DNA from: Eledone cirrhosa | Taxonomy: Eukaryota | Length of the DNA: 64,000 nucleotides | Direction: 5' to 3' | Assembly (NCBI GenBank): GCA_964016885.1 | Contig: OZ024740.1 | Location: 306,590,001 to 306,654,000, forward strand | In this document: positions 52,383 through 64,000 of the stretch, piece by piece | How the letters are laid out: each line of letters starts with the position of its first letter | Numbering within the stretch: position 1 is the stretch's first letter | Position numbers and translations under genes: made by a program | The notes under the pieces: generated by a model | What the model saw: only the letters and a program-made list of their open reading frames with translations | What the model was told of the DNA's origin: nothing | The model's database searches: none

Positions 52383-53811
52383 TACATACACACATATATA
52401 CATACACACATACACACATGCATAATACATACATACACACATACACACATACACATACATACATACACACATACACACACATGCATACATACATGTATCC
52501 ATAGATACATACACACATACATACATACAGGCACACATACATGGTGGCTGCCAACTCGTTTTCGAGTACGGCCACTATTTTATATCCATGTAGGAGAACC
52601 CCTACCGATGCGCTGAACGAGTGTGACTTTTTAGTCCAGCCAGCGACTTGAAAACTCTGGTACAAACATTACACTTGTGACAATTATTGACACATAGTGC
52701 TGGGCTCATGGTACCATGTGACGACAAGTGCAGAGAGATCTCCAGATATAAAGCAATGCCTGTGCTGTGAGGCTTTTATAGGGAGCAAAGGCACTGCACA
52801 AAGCCAGTCCCACTCTCTTAACCATACATAAATACATATAAACATACTTACATACATACATCCATGCATGATGGCTGCCCCCTCGTTATCGAGTATGGCC
52901 ATTGCACGATATACCATTATTAATAATTATTAATTAATTCTGGTGGATTGGCAGTATCAGTAGAGGGTCGGACGCCATGCTTTCTAGCATAGTTACGTCC
53001 CTTTACGATCTGAGTTCAAATCCCGCCGAGGTTGACTTTGCCTTTCATCCTTACGGGGTCGATAAAATAAAGTACCAGTAATGCACTGGGTAATTGCTGG
53101 TCTTGTGCCTAAAGTAGAAACAATTAATTAATTCTATCGTGCAATACCTGTGCGTGAAGATATTTTTAAAGTGAGGAAAGACTGTGCACTGAGCCAATCC
53201 CACTCTCTGAGCAACAGTAGCTATAACCCGAAAAGAAGAAAAGATCAACATCATCGGTAACTACTGAGCCGCAGGTTTTATATCAGAGTTATCCCAGTTT
53301 CCTGAGTTGCCTTCTCCTAGAAGAATGCCCTGACAAAGGCTAGGGGTCCTTCACTCCCAGTGTTTAACCGCGCGATCGGGTGTCCAGCCCGATTATTTCT
53401 ATGTCCCCGCGCATATACACACACATGTACCCACGTATATACACATATACATACTTATGTACATGGGTATATACATATTTACACACTTTTGGATGGTCGT
53501 TGACTCTTATGAGTTCTTCCGCCCTTTGTTAGGTTTTGTTTTTTGTCCTCCAGGGTGTCCGAAATCACCCTCCTCACCAAGTAAACTTTGTGGAGTTGCC
53601 GGTTTAGTCGCCGACGACCCGACCTTACGACAGGTTATACTGGGCTACATGTTACCAGTAGCACTCAAGAGTGACCTGACATACCATACATACATACATA
53701 CAGACACACATACATACATACATACATACATACATACATACATACATACATACATACATACATACATACATACATACATACATACAGACAGACAGACAGA
53801 CACACATATAT

Positions 53812-54420
53812 AAAACCCCAATAAAATGCAGGCATAACAGACCAGATATTATGATATGGGACAGGAAGAAGAAAACATGCAGAGTAGTGGAAATTAGCTG
53901 CCCAGCAGATGCCAATATAATATCAAAGATTAGTGAAAAGGAGAATATTTATGCAGAACTGATGATAAATCTGCAGATACTCCACCCTGATTACACCTTC
54001 AGATTTATACCTGTGATTATTGCGGCACTGGGATATGGTAGTAACTGCCTCAATACATATCTTGAGAAGCTAGGCTTCACAGGAACAGAAAGAACACAAC
54101 TAGTTAGCAAATTACAAGTACAATCCATTAATGGAACAGTAAAAATATGTAAAACATTCCAAAAATGTTGCATCTAATAACTGCATATACACATATACAG
54201 ATGCAAAGCATATATATATATATACATGCACACATACAACTCAAAACATCCACATCCACACATAGAATAACATCCATATCTACACATGCATGCATACATA
54301 TCTACCTAGTTGATGTTGTGTAAATTCCAATGAGAGAGTCTTGTGTCTATGTGAGAAACCGACTCTCTCTCTATTGGTAAAACTTTGTGAAATTATAAAA
54401 CCAGAACATACATACATACA
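53812..54420 (+). pseudogene. R4/Dong 3' end (RLE and 3'UTR), sister copy of 19690-20300
   Basis: [43 protein letters not shown]; within (CATA)n. Confidence 0.88.
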
Positions 54421-56232
54421 TATATAGTGGCTGCCAACTCGTTTTCGAGTATGGCCACTACTTTATATCCATGTAGGAGAACCCCTACCGATGCGCTGAA
54501 CGAGTGTGACTTTTCAGTCCAGCCAGCGACTGGAAAACTCTGGTACAAACACTACACTTGTGACAATTATTGACATATAGTGCTGGGCCCATGGTACCAT
54601 GTGATGACAAGTGCAGAGATCTCCAGATATAAAGCAATGCCTGTGCCATGAAGCTTTTATAGTGAGCAAAGGCACTACACAAAGCCAGTCCCACTCTCTT
54701 AACCAAGATGATATTTACCAAAAAGAAGAACAAGTCAACATCATTGGATACCATCAGGGTTGCAGGTATCCCAGTACAACCTGTCCCATGGTCGCGTCGT
54801 TGGCGACTAAACTGGAAACCCCACTAAGGTTTCTTGGTGAGGAGAGTGACTTTGGACATCCTGCAGGACTAAAAACAAAACCTGTCAAAGGGCAAAAGAG
54901 CTCTTAAGAGTCAATGGCCATCCTAAATCACGGGGAGAGATGACCCCTTAGCCTTTGTCAAGGCAGAATTCTAGAAGAAGGAAAACTCTGATATAACACA
55001 TACATACATATACGCATACATACATACAAACATACTTACATACATCCATCCAGCCATCCATCCATATATACATACATACAGACAGACAGACAGATACACA
55101 TACATACATCCATCCATACATACATCCACTGTTATTAGCAGACGTCAGTATATCGATCATCAATCAGCCCCATAGTACGGTCAATTACATCATCACAGTA
55201 TTCGTGATTTGTTAAACACGAACATTGTATTGATATTTTTTACTTTTTAAAGATTAACGTGCAACGTTTAGTAATGGGGACAATTAGTTTTGAGATGTAT
55301 ATTATGGTGGTGGTGGTGGTGGTGGTGGTGGTAGCAGCAGCAGTGGTAGTAGCAGTTACAATAGAGTTGATTACAATGATAATGATGATCATAATAACGT
55401 TGGTGATGTTGGAATGTACTCACACCAGCATGCATGGGACAAATAGGACAAGTAACTGGCTGGATCAGTACTGTGTGATTAAGCTTTCATGGGGCTTCTT
55501 CTTCTTCTTCTTCTTCTTCTTCTTCTTCTTCTTCTTCTTCTTCTTCTTCTTCTTCTTCTTCGCCCACTTATTCCTGAGAGGGTCATGGGAGCAGTGTCAA
55601 ACACTCTTTCCAGCAAGTCTTGTCAGAAGCAACCGTTTTCAACTGATCGAACTGCATTCCCAAGCTAGACCAGCCGAGTTCATGGATGTTATCCAACTAT
55701 ACTATTCGGAGACTATTCCTGTGTCTCCTGTCGGTTGGTTTTTGCCCGTAAAATCTGTCCAGCGATTTTTTTCTGAAACATTCTAACTACATGCCTGTAA
55801 TATTGGAGCTGTGACTTCTCAATTCGGAGAAGTAGCAGCTCCACCTGGAGTGACTTTCTGATCTCCGAGCTACGCACTCTATCGAGTAATTCTACTCCAA
55901 AGACCCTTCTTCAGAGGAACCCCATTTCAGCCGCTTGTATTTACAATCGTATTCTTTCAGTCATTATTCAAGATTCATGACCATAGTCTAAGAATTGTCG
56001 TTTATAAATTAAGTTAGTCCCGATAATCAAAACGAAGATCAAATACTAAGCTTATAAATGGTACATGTCGTTATAGCTTTAGAGGAGAGAAAGGAAATAT
56101 ACAGTTTTCTTTTTAAAATGGATGTGATAAAAAATAGATAATAAAGGGGTTAATAAATGAGTAGCAGCAGCACCTGGTATTTTCATGTTTTTTTTTTTCA
56201 TTCATTTTATCAGCTCTTTAACTGTCACTTAA

Positions 56233-56882
56233 ACCACCACCACCAACATCTCCGCCCCCACCACAAACATACCATCACAATCACCACCACAACCGCCTCC
56301 ACCACCATCACAACCACAACAACCACCACCACAACCACCGCAACAACCACCACCATGACCACCACAACCACCACAACAACGACCACCACCACAACCACAA
56401 CCACCACCACCATCACAACCACAACCACCTCCACCACAGCCACCACCACAACCACCACCACCACCACCACCACCACCACCACAACCACCACCACAACCAC
56501 CACCACCATCACAACCACAACCACCTCCACCACAGCCACCACCACAACCACCACCACCATCACGACCACAACCACCTCCACCACAGCCACCACCACCACC
56601 ACAACCACCACCACCATCACAACCACAACCACCTCCACCACAACCACCAAAACCACAACCACAACCATCGGTACCATCACAACCGCAACCACCTCCACCA
56701 CTATCACTAAAACCACCAACACCAACAACTCCACAACTACAGCAACCACCAAAACCACCACCACAACAACAACAACAACAACCACCACAACCACCACAGC
56801 CACAGCCACCACCACCAATACCACAACTACAACAACAACAACCACCTCCACAACTACAACAACCACCACAACAACTACCACC
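56233..56882. repeat. (ACC/ACA)n low-complexity tract
   Basis: trinucleotide repeat. Confidence 0.9.
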
Positions 56883-57803
56883 GTTCAATTGAAAACGCTT
56901 TTTTTTTCATTTTGAATCTTCTTCTTTTCTTACCTCCTTCCTTTTTTTTTGTCTGCCTTCTTTTTCTTTTCTTTCTTTCTTGCTTTTACTTTCTTCTAAC
57001 AAGCTATCTTAATTTATTATATTTTTCCTTTTTATATTTTTCTAAACGTCTTTACATTTCCCACCACTAACAATTTCCTTTAGTTTTATATGTGTCACTC
57101 AAAACAGCAGTCCTGATGAATGTATATGTGTAAACTTCTCACTGCAAGCGACGCTATGTCTCAAGATTTTATCAATGTACTTTCACCTTTTCCCGCCGTC
57201 CAGCTGACAACGATTTCGACACCTTAACAACAATGACAACAGTACAAAGCTCACGACCCTTCGTACAGCATACACAGTCAGATCCTTTGTTCAATGGCAT
57301 CATCACTACCCACCTTTTGTCCGTTTGAAGTCCACTCTCGTTATGAGCCATTGACCTTTCAATCTAGTTGCTGTGTTGATGGCTGGCTGCTTTTTTTCAT
57401 TGGTATTTTTACCCTTCTTTTTCACATTTCGAACCAGGTGCTGATTTGTTTCCTCCCATTCCTTATACATATTTTGCCCGCCTCATTGCTGGCCCATACC
57501 CAGTGTCAAACACCCACACAAAACAAATTTCATCAGTACACACGTACTCGTATCTTTTATGCTAAACTAAAATAGTTTTAAATTAAAATTATATCTCATT
57601 GACCAATGTATTTATTCACTCGGTTTCGTTCATTAACACTCCCTCGTTTTCTATTTTCACACCTATTCTACTCCTCTCTCTCTCAATACACGACGCACAA
57701 AAACACACACACCTATAATATGTATATATTAATTTTAACGAGCCAGACAATTAGATTTCGTCCATGATTGTTTATATATAATACATATATAATATACATA
57801 TAC

Positions 57804-57939
<136 letters not shown>

Positions 57940-57952
57940 GTATGAATGTGTG

Positions 57953-57992
<40 letters not shown>

Positions 57993-60900
57993 AGAAATTG
58001 GAATAAATGCTCTGAAATAGCGATATATATGTGAATATAGACATAGAATATTCGAAAATATTCTGTATGTTTATAATAAACATTTTGAAGACCTAATCGC
58101 TATAGAATAGAATACGTCACGTATTACAATTAGATTCTCGATAAAAGCAAGGGAAGTAATCTACGCGTTTCATTCTTGTTAGAAATCATCAGGACTACAT
58201 ATCCAGTGCTTTTATCGAGAATGACACAGCTAGAGACTTATAGAATACTTAGCTGTGTACAGGAACTGGTTTGAAAGAGCGGTTGCCGGTCCGGCAGAAA
58301 TTAGAAATTGGAATAAATGCTCTGAAATAGCGATATATATGTGAATATAGACATAGAATATTCGAAAATATTCTGTATGTTTATAATAAACATTTTGAAG
58401 ACCTAATCGCTATAGAATAGAATACGTCACGTATTACAATTAGATTCTCGATAAAAGCAAGGGAAGTAATCTACGCGTTTCATTCTTGTTAGAAATCATC
58501 AGGACTACATATCCAGTGCTTTTATCGAGAATGACACAGCTAGAGACTTATAGAATACTTAGCTGTGTACAGGAACTGGTTTGAAAGAGCGGTTGCCGGT
58601 CCGGCAGAAATTAGAAATTGGAATAAATGCTCTGAAATAGCGATTACAGAATATTTTCGAATATTCTATGTCTATATTCACATATATATCGCTATTTCAG
58701 AGCATTTATTCCAATTTCTAATTTCTGCCGGACCGGCAACCGCTCTTTCAAACCAGTTCCTGTACACAGCTAAGTATTCTATAAGTCTCTAGCTGTGTCA
58801 TTCTCGATAAAAGCACTGGATATGTAGTCCTGATGATTTCTAACAAGAATGAAACGCGTAGATTACTTCCCTTGCTTTTATCGAGAATCTAATTGTAATA
58901 CGTGACGTATTCTATTCTATAGCGATTAGGTCTTCAAAATGTTTATTATAAACATACAGAATATTTTCGAATATTCTATGTCTATATTCACATATATATC
59001 GCTATTTCAGAGCATTTATTCCAATTTCTAATTTCTGCCGGACCGGCAACCGCTCTTTCAAACCAGTTCCTGTACACAGCTAAGTATTCTATAAGTCTCT
59101 AGCTGTGTCATTCTCGATAAAAGCACTGGATATGTAGTCCTGATGATTTCTAACAAGAATGAAACGCGTAGATTACTTCCCTTGCTTTTATCGAGAATCT
59201 AATTGTAATACGTGACGTATTCTATTCTATAGCGATTAGGTCTTCAAAATGTTTATTATAAACATACAGAATATTTTCGAATATTCTATGTCTATATTCA
59301 CATATATATCGCTATTTCAGAGCATTTATTCCAATTTCTAATTTCTGCCGGACCGGCAACCGCTCTTTCAAACCAGTTCCTGTACACAGCTAAGTATTCT
59401 ATAAGTCTCTAGCTGTGTCATTCTCGATAAAAGCACTGGATATGTAGTCCTGATGATTTCTAACAAGAATGAAACGCGTAGATTACTTCCCTTGCTTTTA
59501 TCGAGAATCTAATTGTAATACGTGACGTATTCTATTCTATAGCGATTAGGTCTTCAAAATGTTTATTATAAACATACAGAATATTTTCGAATATTCTATG
59601 TCTATATTCACATATATATCGCTATTTCAGAGCATTTATTCCAATTTCTAATTTCTGCCGGACCGGCAACCGCTCTTTCAAACCAGTTCCTGTACACAGC
59701 TAAGTATTCTATAAGTCTCTAGCTGTGTCATTCTCGATAAAAGCACTGGATATGTAGTCCTGATGATTTCTAACAAGAATGAAACGCGTAGATTACTTCC
59801 CTTGCTTTTATCGAGAATCTAATTGTAATACGTGACGTATTCTATTCTATAGCGATTAGGTCTTCAAAATGTTTATTATAAACATACAGAATATTTTCGA
59901 ATATTCTATGTCTATATTCACATATATATCGCTATTTCAGAGCATTTATTCCAATTTCTAATTTCTGCCGGACCGGCAACCGCTCTTTCAAACCAGTTCC
60001 TGTACACAGCTAAGTATTCTATAAGTCTCTAGCTGTGTCATTCTCGATAAAAGCACTGGATATGTAGTCCTGATGATTTCTAACAAGAATGAAACGCGTA
60101 GATTACTTCCCTTGCTTTTATCGAGAATCTAATTGTAATACGTGACGTATTCTATTCTATAGCGATTAGGTCTTCAAAATGTTTATTATAAACATACAGA
60201 ATATTTTCGAATATTCTATGTCTATATTCACATATATATCGCTATTTCAGAGCATTTATTCCAATTTCTAATTTCTGCCGGACCGGCAACCGCTCTTTCA
60301 AACCAGTTCCTGTACACAGCTAAGTATTCTATAAGTCTCTAGCTGTGTCATTCTCGATAAAAGCACTGGATATGTAGTCCTGATGATTTCTAACAAGAAT
60401 GAAACGCGTAGATTACTTCCCTTGCTTTTATCGAGAATCTAATTGTAATACGTGACGTATTCTATTCTATAGCGATTAGGTCTTCAAAATGTTTATTATA
60501 AACATACAGAATATTTTCGAATATTCTATGTCTATATTCACATATATATCGCTATTTCAGAGCATTTATTCCAATTTCTAATTTCTGCCGGACCGGCAAC
60601 CGCTCTTTCAAACCAGTTCCTGTACACAGCTAAGTATTCTATAAGTCTCTAGCTGTGTCATTCTCGATAAAAGCACTGGATATGTAGTCCTGATGATTTC
60701 TAACAAGAATGAAACGCGTAGATTACTTCCCTTGCTTTTATCGAGAATCTAATTGTAATACGTGACGTATTCTATTCTATAGCGATTAGGTCTTCAAAAT
60801 GTTTATTATAAACATACAGAATATTTTCGAATATTCTATGTCTATATTCACATATATATCGCTATTTCAGAGCATTTATTCCAATTTCTAATTTCTGCCG

Positions 60901-61780
60901 GACCGGCAACCGCTCTTTCAAACCAGTTCCTGTACACAGCTAAGTATTCTATAAGTCTCTAGCTGTGTCATTCTCGATAAAAGCACTGGATATGTAGTCC
61001 TGATGATTTCTAACAAGAATGAAACGCGTAGATTACTTCCCTTGCTTTTATCGAGAATCTAATTGTAATACGTGACGTATTCTATTCTATAGCGATTAGG
61101 TCTTCAAAATGTTTATTATAAACATACAGAATATTTTCGAATATTCTATGTCTATATTCACATATATATCGCTATTTCAGAGCATTTATTCCAATTTCTA
61201 ATTTCTGCCGGACCGGCAACCGCTCTTTCAAACCAGTTCCTGTACACAGCTAAGTATTCTATAAGTCTCTAGCTGTGTCATTCTCGATAAAAGCACTGGA
61301 TATGTAGTCCTGATGATTTCTAACAAGAATGAAACGCGTAGATTACTTCCCTTGCTTTTATCGAGAATCTAATTGTAATACGTGACGTATTCTATTCTAT
61401 AGCGATTAGGTCTTCAAAATGTTTATTATAAACATACAGAATATTTTCGAATATTCTATGTCTATATTCACATATATATCGCTATTTCAGAGCATTTATT
61501 CCAATTTCTAATTTCTGCCGGACCGGCAACCGCTCTTTCAAACCAGTTCCTGTACACAGCTAAGTATTCTATAAGTCTCTAGCTGTGTCATTCTCGATAA
61601 AAGCACTGGATATGTAGTCCTGATGATTTCTAACAAGAATGAAACGCGTAGATTACTTCCCTTGCTTTTATCGAGAATCTAATTGTAATACGTGACGTAT
61701 TCTATTCTATAGCGATTAGGTCTTCAAAATGTTTATTATAAACATACAGAATATTTTCGAATATTCTATGTCTATATTCA
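57993..61780. mobile_element. 310-bp tandem array (about 2.1 units on minus, about 10.1 units on plus), one HHR per unit; candidate non-LTR retrozyme
   Basis: exact 310-nt period; inversion at 58644/58645; (TA)n on both sides. Confidence 0.9.
58824..58866 (+). ncRNA. type I hammerhead ribozyme, repeated every 310 nt to 61614-61656; minus-strand copies at 58156-58198 and 58466-58508
   Basis: GUAGUC-CUGAUGA-U-UUCU(AACA)AGAA-U-GAAA-CGCG-UA-GAUUAC; palindromic ACGCGU stem III. Confidence 0.85.
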
Positions 61781-61790
61781 TATATATATA

Positions 61791-61909
<119 letters not shown>

Positions 61910-62009
61910 CAAAGCATGGCGTCAACCCTCTACCGATACTGCCAATTCACCGCCCTCATAATAATAATGATAAATACTAATAGAAAAATATACATATGCA
62001 TGTGTATAT

Positions 62010-62085
<76 letters not shown>

Positions 62086-63251
62086 ACACACACACACACA
62101 TTTGATCATTGGTTTTCGGGATCAGGGTTAACCTTGGACTAAACAACTTGAGAGAAGTAGAATAAATCTCCAAAATTCGAAAGCTCCTTTGAAAATAGAG
62201 AATTTATACTGCAAATATAAAGATAATTGTTTCTACTTTTGGCACAAGGCCAGCAATTACCCAGTACATTACTGGTACTTTATTTTATCAACCCCGTAAG
62301 GATGAAAGGCAAAGTTAACCTCGGTGGGATTTGAACTCAGAATGGCAAGGGCAGTAACTCTATGCGTCAAAGCATGGCAAAGATAATGCTTGGATATGGG
62401 ACAGATCAGAATTCAGAGAAAATAACCTTGTTCAAAATAATACTATTAACAGGGGTACAAACGTAAGGAAGCTCTGCACTGCTGCTTGACTTACTAGTAA
62501 TAGCTGCCAAACCCCACCCTACTGGATTAAAAAAAGCAAGACACACAGGATAATATAGTTCTACAACACTGTATCCGAAAGAATTGACGGGGCGATCACG
62601 ACTGGAACGGCTAAAATAACAATCTGCTCGATCAGATCTGACCTGGACTAAAGAACAACAACAACAACAACTAGTACAGGAATAATTTTCTGTATACACT
62701 ACATCCGAAAAGCGAAGGGATGGTCACGGCTGAAACACCTATGATTATAAGTCTACTTGATCATGTCTGACCTGACAACTATTTGTCGATGAAGTCTTGA
62801 TATATGTCAGCAGACATAGCAAGGAAAATCAAAGATTGTGCACTTGAAATAGATGAGTCAGCGATCGGTACGAGAGGAAAAGCTATAAAAATATTGCAAC
62901 ACAATCGATATATTAAAATGATTTTCTATATTGGCAAACAGCTACAAATTTAAAGAGGACGAATAAAGTCTATTAAATCGACACGAGTGCGTCACTGGTA
63001 TTTTTTACCGACTCTAGCGGGTTTAAAGCTTTTTTGTTTTTGTTTTTTCATTGCTTAGCCGGGAGTGGAAGGACAGTGTCCATAACTATTTGAGGGCCTA
63101 CGAGACTCTTGTAAAGGAGAGAGAGAAAAAGGTATGTTCCAACCGAGGGGCTGGCCTGGGTGCTTGCAACTGTCTAGGCTCCGCTAAAGTGTCACTACAT
63201 TAATTATTTGTAAGCTGTTGAATTGTCGAGAAAATCAAGAATGTGTATAAT

Positions 63252-63435
63252 CAAACCTGTCAACTCTCCACGTCCGACGAGATCTCTTTGGGGTGGGTGA
63301 AAGGTGTCTTCTCTTGTGAAAATGGGTATAGCTTTCATTATGTATAATCTCCCCATTTTGCTTCATTTCTCCCCGTTTTGGGGCACTTTTTTTATGGGAC
63401 TCTCCGTTTGGGTTTTTAGAGGTTGGCAGGTCTCG
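63252..63435 (-). mobile_element. TIR MITE, unexpanded member of the 18521 family
   Basis: caaacctgtcaactctc...agaggttggcaggtct. Confidence 0.8.
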
Positions 63436-63585
63436 TAAAATTAATTTTCCATGGTTGATTGGTTTATATCAGAATGTGACTGAATTTCAATCACGTAGAT
63501 AAGGAATTAACTGAAATGTGAAACGATGGCAATCTGAATTTAAAGTATAGAAAAGAACCGCGTATGGCGTAAGATCAAGAGCGCA

Positions 63586-64000
63586 CGAGGTGCACTCACG
63601 AGGTTTTAAGACTTTTTCTTTTCAGACACTTTAATTGACTTACGTAATTGTCACTTTAATACATCCTTGATATGGTTATAAGAGTTAACATGCCAAATCT
63701 GTTTTTTTTTTCAGGCTGAAGGTTCGAACCGCTACAGCACTTTAAACACTACCCGTCATACACGTCTTGTCACAGCTGACTGGTTCCACAGAGGATGTGG
63801 AGAAGATGAAGAAGGCTGTGACATGCTTCCTGGACAACTTCACTTTGGAGAACTACAAGGGCGCCTTCTATAAGTGGCTGGAGCACTACAACAAGTGCAT
63901 TGACGTTGGAGGATCCTACTTCGAGAAAGACTAGAGTTTTGTGTTGATCTCAGTTAGATAAACGTCTCTCTGATAAAAGTCTCAAAACCTCTAGAGTGTA
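63586..64000 (+). mobile_element. internally deleted mariner element retaining the transposase C-terminus (63791-63934)
   Basis: EDVEKMKKAV..FL......Y...F.KWLEHYNKCIDVGGSYFE; TIR tgcactcacgaggttttaagactttt inverted at the window end. Confidence 0.8.

Noticed and set aside
56157-56915. poly-Thr ORF
   Set aside because: Simple (ACC)n tract without coding context
57105-57145. ctgatga motif
   Set aside because: No GAAA or stem III in register

Overview
AT-rich, microsatellite-saturated eukaryotic non-coding DNA. The SINE family and repeat landscape suggest an octopus or other cephalopod genome, which is an inference. No intact host gene is recognisable, and almost all ORFs in the track are microsatellite artefacts. 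Decayed transposons present: a near full-length L1/Tx1-clade ORF2 pseudogene (32.5-35.9 kb) with a near-identical 3' end at the window start, R4/Dong, CRE and RTE LINE fragments, Helitrons, hAT, piggyBac and mariner MITEs, tRNA-derived SINEs and several minisatellites. The main signal is RNA-based. About ten short non-coding elements, mostly in (TA)n tracts, carry a minimal type I hammerhead ribozyme (HHR) motif (CUGANGA...GAAA, short or palindromic stem III) and show the inverted or direct partial-repeat layout of Penelope-like element (PLE) pseudo-LTRs. The clearest case is a 3.8-kb array of about 12 apparently identical 310-bp HHR-bearing units (57993-61780) with an internal orientation switch, a candidate young non-LTR retrozyme that could produce a 310-nt circular RNA. 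Ribozyme calls come from manual base-pairing, and activity is untested.
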